Origin: Carpediemonas membranifera BICM
Taxonomy: Eukaryota > Protista > Fornicata
DNA: 64,000 bases
Direction: 5' to 3'
Assembly (NCBI GenBank): GCA_019828565.1
Contig: JAHDYR010000025.1
Location: forward strand, 868,001-932,000
Part shown: in pieces, positions 45,298 to 57,586 of the stretch
How the letters are laid out: every line of letters starts with the position of its first letter
Numbering within the stretch: the stretch's first letter is position 1
Program-made: the position numbers and the translations under genes
The notes under the pieces: generated by a model
The model's database searches: none
What the model saw: only the letters and a program-made list of their open reading frames with translations
What the model was told of the DNA's origin: nothing

Positions 45298-46963
45298 TTA
45301 CTGCTGGGCCCACGGGTTGATGTCGACTGGGATGATCCCATAGTGCGAAACAGGCGCTTTGCACTTGACCAGCTTAGCCACCCCATCTGACACCGTCTTC
45401 GCCTCAAACCACTGGCCGGTGATGTTGCGGAATGAGAGGGTGTATCTGCCGCTAACCTGCCTTCTGTCAAAAGCCGTCGCCTCAAAGGGCACGCTGTAAT
45501 GTTTGTCACGGTTGCGCATGTGAGTGCGGCCCTCAGTGACCCAGATAAGAACGTATCCACAATAGAACCCCCTGACCTTCTCTCGGAAGCGGAGCGGGGT
45601 GGCTGTGAGGCACTTGTCGCCCTCGCTGTACCCATGCAGCAGGCCCGACTGGGCGATATGAGGGAGAACTTCGCCGGCGAAGAGCAGCTGACGGCCGCTG
45701 AGGAAGTAATTGAAGGTATTATCTAGCCCAATGCTTGGTATCCGGTCGACCCTGAAGGGCAGCTCCTCGAAGCCGGTCATCTCGTTCTCGTGACCGAGTC
45801 CCAACCGGCCATACCGATTGTCACCGCTGATCACCTGCCGATCGCCCATGGAGAGGATGACAGTCCAGTTGCAATGCATGATGTGATCTGGGACAAAGCC
45901 AGCGGGCACGGCGACTGGGTGGAAGCGTTCGGTGTTCGCCTCGACTGGGCCGACATACCTTCTTGGACCCTCACCAGCCATGACAGTGCCGACCGGGGTG
46001 AGTATGAACGTCTGCCATCTCTCCATCGACAAATCGGTCACCACCCTGTGCTTCTCCCAGGGGGGCAGGCTGGCCTCGAGCTTGGCGACCTTGGGGCAGG
46101 CGGGGAAGGTGAGGCGGGTCGGGTCGACGAACCCAGATGACTGGAACCCCAGCTCACCATTGTAGCAAGCGCCCCAGCCCCACAGACCCTTGGGCGTCCT
46201 GGCGATGAGGGTGGTCCAGTCGCTGTAGACCTTGAGGGCCCTGGGCATCCTGGCCCTGGTGAGGGCGGTGCGGTGCATCGTGTCGAACATGAAGAGTCGG
46301 CCCATGTACATGCGGTGGTGGTAACATCCGTAACAGTTACCACACTCATCCTCGTCACTGCACTGATAGCTCTCGCCGTCCTTCTCGGCGACGTTCAGCG
46401 TGAAGAAGAACTTGCGGCAGAGGAACCAGAGGCACTTGGCCTCGGGCGTGAGAGCCTTGCGGATCTTGTCGTACATCTCGGTCTCATCTGGCCACTTCTC
46501 TCGAGCCTCGTTCAGCACCCTGTCCTCGAGGTCGGGGTTGGCCCCGCCACCCAGCAGACACGCCCACACCGCGCCCTGGTTCAGCGTGTGCATGGCGATC
46601 GGGAGCTCCTCGCCGTCCGCGAGCTCGACGTTCATGGACAGCGGGGGGCCGCTGGTGAGGATCGAGCAGGCGCGGTCGAGGAGGGCTTGCGCGGATGGTT
46701 CGAGAAGGTGGATCTTGCAGAGCGTGGCGAGGAGGGATTCGAGAATTGCCATCCTTCGGCGCGTCTGTGGTTGTATGATTGTGGATAAACGTCCTTAATG
46801 CGTTCAGCACGCCAGATCTGAGCGGGATTTCCTCATTGAAGTGACGCTGGTACGCGCAGGCGATGAGCGAGGGGATGTCGCCTGCGATGCTGCTCGTGGC
46901 CGTTATTGAGAGCCGATGGGGCGCTATCAGCGCCTCTCGCGTCTTTTTGCTTCCATTGCTCAT
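45298..46963 (-). pseudogene. RCC1-like family copy 4, frameshifted
   Basis: 2-bp loss in a GA run at ~46741-46744 relative to copy 2; otherwise full length. Confidence 0.75.
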
Positions 46964-47340
46964 GTCGTTCGTTCGTTGCCAAGCAACTCCAGCGAGTCGG
47001 ACACGCGCCCCGCAGTGCCCATGCCCCAGGCCCAGTGGTCAGAAGAAGAAGCTCTGCCCCAACAAACGCCTGCTCGGCACGTCAAAGAGAGAAACCCCAG
47101 TATGCTCCATGACGTTGACTGTCCCCGCCATCCGACCTGAGCTGCGTTCTCAGGGGCCACCCTGAGGTCACACTAAGTCGACAAACGAACAACGACAACG
47201 ACAGATGGTGCTTTATCAACGTGAGCTGCCCTGCGCCCACTCGAACACGCCCGAGTCTCTGAGTCGTGTGCTATCAATATACTGCTCCAGCAAATCACTG
47301 GTATGTTATAGTAAATGATGTAGACGTCTAATAAATGGCT

Positions 47341-48012
47341 TCACTTATGGCTGAGCATGTCGATGAGCCCCCTCTGCTCATGGGCCAGCCTCGTCATCTC
47401 AGTGAGACTCGCCTTCAGTCGCTTGACCTCGGCCTTGGCCTTTCTCAGCGCTTCCTTGATCGGCTGTCTGGCGTTTTGCCTCGCCTTGAGCATGGCTGCC
47501 ACCCTGTCCCTGTCCCGCCTGAGCTCGCGGCTGGTCTCTCTCTCCACGTCAAGCTGGGACCTCAGCTGCCTCGCAGTCGCCTCAAGGTTCCTGATGTGGT
47601 GCTCATCGAACCTTGGCGCCGGAGACCTGCTCCGGGACCGACGGCGACGGCCCGTGGGAGGTCGGGAGGGCGTGGATGGTTTGCTTGGGGTCTTGTACTT
47701 CCTGTCAGCTCTCTCCACGTCTGTTTTGATCTTGGCGAGGTGGGATTGGAGTGAGGCGAGCTGGGCATCAAAGTCGGACGACATGTGGTCTCCAAACTGC
47801 TCTAGCGCGGGAATTTCTTCTTCCAGAGCAGATTCATCTACAGAGAAGGCATAGGATGAGTGAACTGAAGATTCGTCGATCGAGACGTCAGAACCGGGGC
47901 TCGAGGGTGAAGGGGAATGAAATGAGACGCCGGGAGCCGAATTGCTGACCGATTCTCCAAACTCGCCCAGTTTTTGATCGAGTAAGCTATTCAATCTCGC
48001 GCGAATGTCCAT
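47341..48012 (-). CDS. Hypothetical coiled-coil protein
   Basis: 223-aa ORF with heptad-like C-terminal half; candidate promoter motif upstream. Confidence 0.65.
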   Translation of the reverse strand: MDIRARLNSLLDQKLGEFGESVSNSAPGVSFHSPSPSSPGSDVSIDESSVHSSYAFSVDESALEEEIPALEQFGDHMSSDFDAQLASLQSHLAKIKTDVERADRKYKTPSKPSTPSRPPTGRRRRSRSRSPAPRFDEHHIRNLEATARQLRSQLDVERETSRELRRDRDRVAAMLKARQNARQPIKEALRKAKAEVKRLKASLTEMTRLAHEQRGLIDMLSHK

Positions 48013-48153
48013 GGTTACCGTTATCCGCTGTCTTTCTAGGTGCAGTTTATGCGGAAATTTGTGATAAGTTTCAGCACTCCCGATGGTGTAGGTGCGGCAG
48101 TAATAAGCCCAGCCTACTCGCTTGACCGTCTAAATGACACGAAAATCGAAATT

Positions 48154-50514
48154 TCACACTGACAGGCTCTTCTGGAGATAAGCAACGAACTCATTGTAAC
48201 TCTGGCCGTTGACGCTGCTCTCAAGCATCAGCTCCGAGAAGTGCCGCTGCAGAGGACCGTCCTGTCTGACAATGAAATGGGGGATCTCGCTGACACGCCG
48301 GTTCCGGAGCAAAGTGAGGCCGTCCATGATCCGTTTTCCGGCATGCGTGTTGGTCCGTAGCTTGAGGGCCAGCTTGTTGTCATTCGGGTCAAACTGCTCG
48401 AACGCCTCCATGCCAACCTCAGTCGACACGCCGCGGCCCACGAATACGTAAATCGCATGGTTGTCCTCGATAATATAGATTTGATCGGGTTTGATTGACT
48501 CGATGCTCAGTCTCGCGAGGCTGAGTCTATCCGACTGGGCATCAACACAGTAGCACGACGGGTATATGATCGACCGGACCATGCCCACGGGCTTTGACAG
48601 GAGCACCGACAGCACGAAAGCCCGCTCGTCAGCCTTGGCGTGTGCCGACATGCGCACCATGGACGTCTTGAGCAGCGCCAGGGAGAAGAGGGGGTAGAGT
48701 CGCATCGTCTCGGGCAGCACGAGGGTCTGGTTGGGGCTCGGGTTGGGTGCTGTCGACGTGTAGAGCGCCAGGGTGTGCTGGCACCGGCGGTCGATGTCCT
48801 TGCGGACCTCCTCGATCTTAGCACCGTCGGCGAGCTTGTCTGCTGCCTTCTTCGCCTCGAGGCAGAGGATCGTGTCCATGTCCGCGGTCTGGAACAGGTC
48901 GCTCGTCTCTGCCGTCGTCTGCATCGGCACCGTGCACACACGAACCCGTCTCTCACCGCTCGTGGTCGTGTAAAGCAGCGCTGTCTGTATATAAACGGTA
49001 TTCTGGACTATGGTGTCCTCGACGGCAATCTCGAGGCCGACAGCCGAATCGGCGTCGGCGTTGGCCATGTTGAGCAGGTTCGTCTGGCGTGTGAAGAAGT
49101 GGCCCAGGTACCTCGTCACCTTTGCCCCCGCGCTGCAGCGGACGCGGAAGACTGCTTCGAGCGCCGTCTCCCGGCTGAGGACCCGGCCAACATCACTCGA
49201 CAGCTTCCTACCATCTCTGACGGCGAGGAACGTCGGGTAGTACTCGGCAGACCCGCTCGTGAGGCGAGACAGGACAGAGAGGGTCGCGACGTCCATGTAG
49301 GTGGAGGCGGTGTGGAAGCCGTCGATGCAGACGTGTGCCTGGGACGCTTCGGTGGCGAGTTCCTTGTACGCGTCGTTGGAAGGCGAGAAGAGGCCCTTTC
49401 CATCAATGTTCAGCTTGCCGGCCGACTCGCGGTCAGTCAAGGAGCCGACGCCCATGGTTGGCAGGGAAGCAAGGAAGTACAGCACCCGCCCGCCGTACGT
49501 CATGATGGAACGCACGGCACTCGTAATTGCAGGGCCAAAGGCGCCTGAAGGCTCGGCGCGGGCCTCGGAGAAACGATGGGGCAGCATGTCGAGGAAGCCG
49601 CAGATCTTGTCGAGGTTCTCAGCGAGGTTGACGATGAGGTCGCCCTGGAGGGGCATAGGAATGAACGGGGCACCAGCGGTCACGGGCTCGACAATCTCGT
49701 GGGCCGTCTCGGTATGCGGCGGGAATCTCCAAAACTGCACAGCCGAGTCGAAAGTGATGAAGGAGACGAGAATACGGGTATCCTGCGCCATGCGGGTCAA
49801 GTTGAACTTCAGGGTCGAGCATACAGTGTCGATAAGGCGGGTCTTGATTGCCGGGTCAGAGACGTCGAGCACGAACGTGTAGACTGGTGGTTGGGGCGGG
49901 CGGACCATGTAGGGCTCGGGGGCGGCGAGCTCATACACACCGTTGGCCAGCTCGGGCCTGTTCTCAGCGTCAATGCGGCGTCCGTTGGAGTCGAGGGGCT
50001 GGTGGTACCTGTCGGGCGTCTTGTTAATCGTGCCGCAGATGATGCACTTCCAGCGGCTGCCGTGGTCGACGAAGGGGGTGTAGCAGTTGACGTAGGACCT
50101 GCAGTTGGAGCACCGGACGGGATTAATGTCGTTGAAGTTGATCACCGGCACGGGCTTCGCCATGGGGGCAAGAGGACGGGCCACTGCGCCAAAGGGTGCA
50201 GGCCACTTGTTCATGATGCCCGCGTTGTTGCCGATGCACTTGTTCGTGAGACGCAAGTGCTCGCCGACAGGCTTCGACACCACCTTGGGAATGGGAACCG
50301 TGCGAGGCGCCTGCGGCTGCTGGGCCACTACAGGTGCAGTTGGGGCCTGCGTAGGAGCGGTATATGCGCCGAGGACAGGCGGAGGAGGAAGAAACGAGGA
50401 TGCGCTCGTGCCTTGCGGTGCAACCGTGGTATTCGGTGCTTGCTGCGTTGCTACAGGCTGTTGTTGCTCCTGCGGATAGTCTTCGAATACAGGTGCACTG
50501 AGAGGGGCGTTCAT
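48154..50514 (-). CDS. SEC24: COPII coat protein Sec24
   Basis: RCSNCRSYVN...WKCIIC zinc finger, YMVRPPQPP.Y.FVLDVS, EAVFRVRCS, QTALLYT..GERRVRV. Confidence 0.95.
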   Translation of the reverse strand: MNAPLSAPVFEDYPQEQQQPVATQQAPNTTVAPQGTSASSFLPPPPVLGAYTAPTQAPTAPVVAQQPQAPRTVPIPKVVSKPVGEHLRLTNKCIGNNAGIMNKWPAPFGAVARPLAPMAKPVPVINFNDINPVRCSNCRSYVNCYTPFVDHGSRWKCIICGTINKTPDRYHQPLDSNGRRIDAENRPELANGVYELAAPEPYMVRPPQPPVYTFVLDVSDPAIKTRLIDTVCSTLKFNLTRMAQDTRILVSFITFDSAVQFWRFPPHTETAHEIVEPVTAGAPFIPMPLQGDLIVNLAENLDKICGFLDMLPHRFSEARAEPSGAFGPAITSAVRSIMTYGGRVLYFLASLPTMGVGSLTDRESAGKLNIDGKGLFSPSNDAYKELATEASQAHVCIDGFHTASTYMDVATLSVLSRLTSGSAEYYPTFLAVRDGRKLSSDVGRVLSRETALEAVFRVRCSAGAKVTRYLGHFFTRQTNLLNMANADADSAVGLEIAVEDTIVQNTVYIQTALLYTTTSGERRVRVCTVPMQTTAETSDLFQTADMDTILCLEAKKAADKLADGAKIEEVRKDIDRRCQHTLALYTSTAPNPSPNQTLVLPETMRLYPLFSLALLKTSMVRMSAHAKADERAFVLSVLLSKPVGMVRSIIYPSCYCVDAQSDRLSLARLSIESIKPDQIYIIEDNHAIYVFVGRGVSTEVGMEAFEQFDPNDNKLALKLRTNTHAGKRIMDGLTLLRNRRVSEIPHFIVRQDGPLQRHFSELMLESSVNGQSYNEFVAYLQKSLSV

Positions 50515-50824
50515 TCCAGTGCAAGGTTGCCTCGCAATTTTGGCGGCAAATGGATTTGCATGAAGTTGGGTTGAGTGCCTTGAGATGCGTGCATGACTCG
50601 TGGTCTATGTATATCCAGGGGCCGCGGGACTGAAGAAACGCTGGGCAAATTCCAAGTCCAAGGGGCGAGAGAAATTTTTAGCAGAAAACGCCATACAGGC
50701 GTATTTCACGCATTTACACGACTCAAGGCGTCCTAATACACCTTCTTTGCGTTGAGAATTTTGAACGAATCAGGGTCGACACGAAGCATCATCTGCTCCC
50801 CAGTATCCGAGCTTAACGTCACAA

Positions 50825-52939
50825 ATGGACGACTACTCCGATGATTCTTTGGAAATATACTCCGAAAGTTCAACAGATAACTCCTGGGCGGAGTATCGAC
50901 GCCAGCAGATTCTGGACGAGCAATATCGCCGCTTTGGGGAGGAGGACTGGGATTTCAGCAGCAGTGACGAGGACTACGAAGCTGATGCATATGAAGAACA
51001 GAACAGGGATCGTCCACGGGAGGTTACCACGCTCTCGCAGGTCCGTGTGCCCATGTCTGATCTCCTCAACCAGCACTCCTCACGCCTCATCAGCCAGGCC
51101 CCCGCCTCCACACGCCAGAATAGCTCACGAGTGCCCACACAACGCCCGACAGCGCCAGACCCCGACCAGCTGCAGCACACGAATTGCCGGGCCCGGACAG
51201 CGCTCTCCTCTGTTCCCGCAATGCATACTTTGGTGGACTCCAGTGCGATCCGGAGTGTCATTGACGGGGTCGGCCCGACCTCTCGCCTGTTCCGAGGCCA
51301 GACGTGGCTTGAACTTGCAGAGATTTTCAAAGACCAGCAGGTTATGTCAGGTTCATCGGTCAAGACGAACGACCAGGTGCAGTGCACGCAGATAGTCAAC
51401 ACCCTGGCCGTATCCCTTGCTAACGCTAGGTGTATGACCATCGACTCGCCAGTTTTCTACCCGTATGTCAAGTCAAGCGGTCGAAAAGGAGATAGGGCAG
51501 CCGGTATCCGGTGGATCACGCTATACCTGCTCAACGGATACCCAGCTCGGGCAGGGGACATGCCCTCTACAATCGGCGTGGCCCAGGTCCGTCAGACCCG
51601 ACGCCAGGTCCCAACACCAGCCCGAACGGCCGGCCGACCCACTATCCGAGAGCCGACTCGGCCTGCATCCTCTTCAACCGCGGCTAGGGCGAGCCAGCCT
51701 AGTACTGTGAAGCTTAAGGCTACTCCTCCGGGGAGCAGGGTGATTCGATCGGATCCGTTTATCAGATCCAGGACCGTCCTCGGAAGATGGGCACTCAACG
51801 CAGCTAATATTGTCAAAAGCGGGCAGACAGTCGAGTTCGACCTCGCTCTCAGCCAGAAAGCCATTGAATTAATCAAAAGGGAAGCAGAGCTGCCATGCCC
51901 GGTCACCCAGAAGGAAAAGGACACCGATTCAGAGTTCTCTGACGATGATGAAGCGACGGACATTGATGAGGATCCCGCCAAGAACGTGATCTTGTTAAGA
52001 TACGATTCGAATGAGATTTTGCCGTGGATTGAGGCAGATTCGGTGAAGGTTTCGTGCTTGGGCCAGACGGTATCAGTCGCCTCTGACGCGATGAAACGGG
52101 CCGCGAAGCCGGTCAAGCCTGTGTATGGTGAGGAGAACTCGAAGATCGTCCCAAGATCTGTTGATTTGACTGAATCCATTTTGCATCTGGTTTCGTCAAT
52201 GGCAAAAATCGGGATTAACTCCGCCTCCCCATATCAATTTACCGTCTCTCTCTCGCTATCGCCCGATCGATTCTTTCAGCACCCGAACTCGTTCAATTCC
52301 GGCATTCTATTCGTCGAATCCGGCGTTTTGTTCACCCCATGGGCCCTAGCTCAAGTCGTCCATGCGGTTGACCCCATGGTCTCAGCCAACCCGACGATCT
52401 CCCAGGCCGACCCAGCCGAGGAGAGCGACGACGACCTAGACGATCTTGCCGTGCAGTTTAGCCTCTTGGACCCGCTCGCGTTTACCCGTATGGACATCCC
52501 CTGCCGGTCCGTCCACTGCACCCACCCCTCGTGCTTCGACATCCTGGTTTTCCTGGAGTTTGGCTCCGACACGGCCAACTTCAACTGCCCCATTTGTAAC
52601 AAACAGGCCCTACCCGAGGATCTGCGGGTCGACTCCTACATGAGGATGCTTCTCAACATGGTGCCTGACGAAGACTCGGTGACCATCTCGACCAAGGACG
52701 GCAAGGTCATCCGCGAGGGCGAGGAAATCCCGACCGAGCGCCGGGGTACGAGAGCAGCGCCAAAGATTCGGTTCGTGAGTAAGCGAGACAACATTGATGT
52801 CCCTGTGCACCACGCTGCGCCAGCGCCCAGGGCAAGCGTCCAGCCTACTCCGGCAGCGACGGCTGGGTGGACTCCGGATGTCCGGCACACGGTGTCCGGC
52901 GGGATCGGGACGGAGGGCGACCCCTTCGAGATCGACTGA
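50825..52939 (+). CDS. SP-RING (MIZ) zinc-finger protein, PIAS/Siz-like SUMO E3 ligase
   Basis: SLLDPL..TRM.IPCRS.HC.H..CFD...CPIC; terminal SIM-like FEID. Confidence 0.85.
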   Translation: MDDYSDDSLEIYSESSTDNSWAEYRRQQILDEQYRRFGEEDWDFSSSDEDYEADAYEEQNRDRPREVTTLSQVRVPMSDLLNQHSSRLISQAPASTRQNSSRVPTQRPTAPDPDQLQHTNCRARTALSSVPAMHTLVDSSAIRSVIDGVGPTSRLFRGQTWLELAEIFKDQQVMSGSSVKTNDQVQCTQIVNTLAVSLANARCMTIDSPVFYPYVKSSGRKGDRAAGIRWITLYLLNGYPARAGDMPSTIGVAQVRQTRRQVPTPARTAGRPTIREPTRPASSSTAARASQPSTVKLKATPPGSRVIRSDPFIRSRTVLGRWALNAANIVKSGQTVEFDLALSQKAIELIKREAELPCPVTQKEKDTDSEFSDDDEATDIDEDPAKNVILLRYDSNEILPWIEADSVKVSCLGQTVSVASDAMKRAAKPVKPVYGEENSKIVPRSVDLTESILHLVSSMAKIGINSASPYQFTVSLSLSPDRFFQHPNSFNSGILFVESGVLFTPWALAQVVHAVDPMVSANPTISQADPAEESDDDLDDLAVQFSLLDPLAFTRMDIPCRSVHCTHPSCFDILVFLEFGSDTANFNCPICNKQALPEDLRVDSYMRMLLNMVPDEDSVTISTKDGKVIREGEEIPTERRGTRAAPKIRFVSKRDNIDVPVHHAAPAPRASVQPTPAATAGWTPDVRHTVSGGIGTEGDPFEID

Positions 52940-53074
52940 TGATGAGTTTGAGCTTACCAGTGAGGTAAATCAGCGGAGTTCGGAATGAGAGATTTGATGC
53001 GACTGGAAAGCCAAAGGGAGGGATTGGCAGACTGGTATGATAAACTGGAGATGCCACGGCAGGGGTACTATCAT

Positions 53075-54264
53075 TTACTGCTCGGGCCACGGGTCGACGT
53101 CGACTGGGATGATCTCATAGTGCAATGTGGGTGCCTCGCACTCGACCATCTCAGCCACCCCATCTGCCACGCCCGTCACCTCGAACCACTGGCCGGTGAT
53201 CGAGAAGGCCCAGCTGCCACTAACCCACCGTCCGCCAAATATTGTGGCCTCAAAGGGCACGCTGTAATGTTTGTCACGGCTGTACATGTGAGTCTGGCCC
53301 TCAGTGACCCAGATAAGATCATAGTCACAAAAGAATCCCTTGACTCTCTCTCGGAAGCGGAGCGGGGTGGCTGTGAGGCACTTGTCGCCCTCACTGTACC
53401 CAGACAGCAGGCCCGACTGGGCGATAGGACGGGGAACTTCGCCAGCGAAGAGCAGCTGGCGGTCGCTGAGGAAGACATTAAACGAAAAGTCTGGTATGAT
53501 CCGGTCGACCCTGAATGGCAGCTCCTCGAAGCCGGTCATCTCGTTCTCGTGACCGAGACCCAGCCGGCCATACCGATTGTCACCGCTGATCACCTGCCGA
53601 TCGCCCATTGAGAGGATGACAGTATCGTACAGGTCTTGCATGATGTGGTCTGGGACAAATCCAGCGGGCACTGCTACTGTGTGGAAGAGGTGCCTGTTCT
53701 CCTCCTCGACTGGGCCGACATACCATGTTGAATCCGCACCCGCAACTATGCCGACCGGGGTGAGTATGAACGTCTGCCATCTCTCCATCGACAAATCGGT
53801 CACCATCCTGTGCTTCTCCCAGGGGGGCAGGCTGGCCTCGAGCTCGGCGACCTTGGGGCAGGCGGGGAAGGTGAGGCGGGTCGGGTCGACGAACCCAGAT
53901 GACTGGAACCCCAGCTCACCATTGTAGCAAGCGCCCCAGCCCCACAGACCCTTGGGCGTCCTGGCGATGAGGGTGAACCAGGCGCTGTAGACCTCGAGGG
54001 CCCTGGGCATCCTGGCCCTGGTGAGGGCGGCGTGATAGTCAGTGTCGAGCATGAAGAGTCGGCCCATGTACATGCGGTGGTGGTAGCATCTGTCGGGCAC
54101 AGGGCACTGATAGCTCTCGCCGTCCTTCTCGGCGACGTTCAGCGTGAAGAAGAACTTGCGGCAGAGGAACCAGAGGCACTTGGCCTCGGGCGTGAGAGCC
54201 TTGCCGATCTTGTCGTACATCTCGGTCTCATCTGGCCACTTCTCTCGAGCCTCGTTCAGCACCC
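53075..54264 (-). pseudogene. RCC1-like family copy 5, 5'-truncated
   Basis: Homology starts abruptly at RVLNEARE; upstream 54265..54367 is unrelated. Confidence 0.75.
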
Positions 54265-54367
54265 TTCCACCACTCTCACCACTTCGGAGGAGCAGCGGGG
54301 CCGACAAGCGGGCCAGCTTGAGCGAGTGATAAATGGTTGAGAGACTTGGAGTGGGGTCGGCTTTCAT

Positions 54368-55984
54368 TTATAAACCATACGGGTCGATGTCGACGGGAAT
54401 GATGTCTTCCCACGACTCGGGCGTCTCGCACTCGACTGGCTCAGCGCCAGCCTCGGATACCCTGAACAACTGGCCAGTAGCGTCGCGGAAGGAGCTGAAG
54501 GCTTCATCTTCTTGAGTTGTGATACCAACTGCCGTCGCCTCAAAGGGCACGCTGTACTGGTTTTCTCCGTCGCATAGATGAGTGCGGCCCTCAGTGACCC
54601 AGATAAGATCATAGTCACAAAAGAATCCCTTGACTCTCTCTGGGAACCGGAGCTGGGTGGCTGTGAGGCACACACCATCCTCGCTGTATCCAGGCAGCAG
54701 GCCCGACTGGGCGATATGAGGGAGAACTTGGCCGGCGAACAGCAGCTGGTGGCCGCTGAGGAAGTAATTGAAGGTATTATCTAGCCCAATGCTTGGTATC
54801 CGGTCGACCCTGAAGGGCAGCTCCTCGAAGCCAGTCATCTCGTTCTCGTGCCCGAGTCCCAGCCGGCCACAGAAGTTCCATCCGCTGATCATTCGTCGAT
54901 CGCCCATGGAGAGGATAACAGTGTAGAATGAATCCACGATGTGATCTGCGACAAAGCCAGTGGGTACGGCGACTGGGTGGAAGAGGTGCCTGTTCTCGTC
55001 CTCGACTGTGCCGACAAACGCTTTCGCATCCGCACCAGCCATGACAGTGCCGACCGGAGTGAAGATGAACGTTCGAGCTCTTATCAGCGACACACCGGTC
55101 ACCACCCTGTGCTTCTCCCAGGGGGGCAGGCTGGCCTCGAGCTTGGCGACCTTGGGGCAGGCGGGGAAGGTGAGGCGGGTCGGGTCGACGAACCCAGACG
55201 ACTCGAACCCCAGCTGACCAGAGCCGTTATCACCCCAGCCCCACAGACCCTTGGGTGTCCTGGCGATGTGGGTGGACAAGTTGCTGTAGACCTCGAGGGC
55301 CCTGGGCATCCTGGCCCTGGTGAGGGCGGTGTGATAGTCAGTGTCGAGCATGAAGAGTCGGCCCATGTGCATGAGGTGGTGGTAGCAATCGCCGTATACT
55401 GTGTACTGATAGCTCTCGCCGTCCTTCTCGGCGACGTTCAGCGAGAAGAAGAACTTGCGGCAGAGGAACCAGAGGCACTTGGCCTCGGGCGTGAGAGCCT
55501 TGCCGATCTTGTCGTACATCTCGGTCTCATCTGGCCACTTCTCTCGAGCCTCGTTCAGCACCCTGTCCTCGAGGTCTGGGTTGGCCCCGCCACCCAGCAG
55601 ACACGCCCACACCGCGCCCTGGTTCAGCGTGTGCATGGCGATCGGGAGCTCCTCGCCGTCCGCGAGCTCGACGTTCATGGACAGCGGGGGGCCGCTGGTG
55701 AGGATCGAGCGGGCGCGGTCGAGGAGGATTTGCGCGGCTGGTTCGAGAGGGGGGAGCTTGGAGATCATGGCGAGGAGGGATTCGAGAGACGGGGCGCTCG
55801 TTGGTGTAGCAGTGCTCTTGTTGTTGTGCATCGAGGGCATCTGCTCGCCGAAGTGTCTGGAGTAGGCGCACTGGAGCAACGAGGGGATGTCCCCAGAGAT
55901 GGAGGCCGTTTCGGTGAGTGAGGCGCGATATGCGGAGATCAGCGCATCTTTGATGGCCGATGGCGAGGAGCTAGCGCTTTTCAT
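54368..55984 (-). CDS. RCC1-like family copy 6
   Basis: Intact 538 aa with family motifs. Confidence 0.85.
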   Translation of the reverse strand: MKSASSSPSAIKDALISAYRASLTETASISGDIPSLLQCAYSRHFGEQMPSMHNNKSTATPTSAPSLESLLAMISKLPPLEPAAQILLDRARSILTSGPPLSMNVELADGEELPIAMHTLNQGAVWACLLGGGANPDLEDRVLNEAREKWPDETEMYDKIGKALTPEAKCLWFLCRKFFFSLNVAEKDGESYQYTVYGDCYHHLMHMGRLFMLDTDYHTALTRARMPRALEVYSNLSTHIARTPKGLWGWGDNGSGQLGFESSGFVDPTRLTFPACPKVAKLEASLPPWEKHRVVTGVSLIRARTFIFTPVGTVMAGADAKAFVGTVEDENRHLFHPVAVPTGFVADHIVDSFYTVILSMGDRRMISGWNFCGRLGLGHENEMTGFEELPFRVDRIPSIGLDNTFNYFLSGHQLLFAGQVLPHIAQSGLLPGYSEDGVCLTATQLRFPERVKGFFCDYDLIWVTEGRTHLCDGENQYSVPFEATAVGITTQEDEAFSSFRDATGQLFRVSEAGAEPVECETPESWEDIIPVDIDPYGL

Positions 55985-56548
55985 TGGTTTCAGCGCTCAG
56001 TTCGGTGGTTGCCAAATTCTGACTGCCGACTCGCCGACCACCGACGCCAGCACTGCGGATCAGACGATGAGATGCGGGCGATGTTCAGCCTCACAGCTTC
56101 CTTGACAGTAAGATTCCTGGGTAAACTCTCGAGTCCTTCAGCCGAGTACCGCAATGCCCTCGACGGCAGGGTGGGGCCTGTTGTCCATGGTCATGGACAA
56201 CAGCCGAGTTCTTCAACGAATTCTCCTCATGGGGTGTTTGATCGCCTCTGTTCTTTGTGAGCGGCATATCCCTCCAGGTTTGAGTGACCCATTGTCTGCC
56301 GGCGATGTGAAACGGGCGATTACTGCGGCCCCTTGAGTGTTGACTTTGGGGCCGACAGTACTGAGGTCCGCGTCTGTGTGCGAGAAGGCATTTGGGTGAT
56401 GAATATGATGAGGTTGACCCATCCCGCCATTCCGATGGGGGTAAAGCAAAGGAAGCGGACACATGCCGGCTTGGCCTTATACTGGCACTGCCGACAATGA
56501 AGCACTCAATCTCGGGCAAATCTCATGTGCCTTAACGGAACGTGCTGA

Positions 56549-57586
56549 ATGAATTCAGTGAATGTTGTTTTAGAAACGCCGATCAAAGCACTTGCGTCAC
56601 TTCTAACCAAGAAATGTTCAGATGTGGCGGCTGTTGTCCAACTAAGCCCATCTACGCCCGAGGTTGAAAGAACAGCCGCAGTGAAGAACGCCGACGTGCT
56701 CGTTTCCTTCAATCCTTCAGCCAAGCTGCTTGATACGGCTATTGACCGGTGTTCTCTCCTCGCCATCCCATTTGCAGGCATCGATAAGCACACTGCCCTA
56801 CTTCGTCATTACCCCCAGCTGCGTTGCATGAACCTACACACCAACGCGCCTCTCGTTGCCCAGCATGCGATGGCACTCTTACTGTCACTCACCAATCAAA
56901 TCTGCACGTTTGATCGCTCATTGCGGCGGCGCGAGTGGCGGCCAACTGACCCGAGCCCCGCCATGACGGCCTCAACAGACTTTGACGCCTGGATGGGCCC
57001 AAGCAGCCTGCTATGCCCTGACTACACCATCGGCCTGATGGGATACGGCGCCGTTGGCACGAGGATCGCCGCCATGCTCGCCCCGTTCGGCTGCCGCGTC
57101 ATCAGCTACGTCCAGCACCCAGGCCCGGAACAGTACGGCCCCGACAGCCTCGACGCATTCATGGAAGAGTGTGATGCGGTGGTTTCGTCCCTTCCAACCA
57201 CTCCGCAGACTATTGGAATCGTCGGCAAGAAGCAGCTTGACCTGCTTGGGCCAAAGGGCTTGCTCGTCGTCGTCGGCAGAGCATCGCCGTTCGTTGAGGC
57301 AGACCTTTACGAAGCCCTCAAGGAGCAACGTATCCGTGGCGCGGCGATGGACGTCTTTTGGAACGAGCCCCAGCCCTCTGCCAGGCACCACGACGACACG
57401 CTCCCCTTCACCCACCCCTTTGATACCCTGCCCAACATTGTACTCTCCCCGCACCGTGCATGGCTCCCCATGGCGGACAGCATGACCCAGGAGTGGTACT
57501 TTGAGCCGATCGCCCAGAATATACTGCGGATAGCACAGGGAAGAGATGACCTCGTGTCGCTTGTAGATGTTAATAAAGGCTACTAG
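56549..57586 (+). CDS. D-isomer-specific 2-hydroxyacid dehydrogenase
   Basis: VAQHA, GYGAVG Rossmann motif, VGRA, GAAMDVF..EP, SPHRA. Confidence 0.92.
   Translation: MNSVNVVLETPIKALASLLTKKCSDVAAVVQLSPSTPEVERTAAVKNADVLVSFNPSAKLLDTAIDRCSLLAIPFAGIDKHTALLRHYPQLRCMNLHTNAPLVAQHAMALLLSLTNQICTFDRSLRRREWRPTDPSPAMTASTDFDAWMGPSSLLCPDYTIGLMGYGAVGTRIAAMLAPFGCRVISYVQHPGPEQYGPDSLDAFMEECDAVVSSLPTTPQTIGIVGKKQLDLLGPKGLLVVVGRASPFVEADLYEALKEQRIRGAAMDVFWNEPQPSARHHDDTLPFTHPFDTLPNIVLSPHRAWLPMADSMTQEWYFEPIAQNILRIAQGRDDLVSLVDVNKGY

Noticed and set aside
56091-56519. Short ORFs between RCC1 copy 6 and the dehydrogenase (likewise 29690..30143)
   Set aside because: No recognisable motifs; cannot support a gene call.
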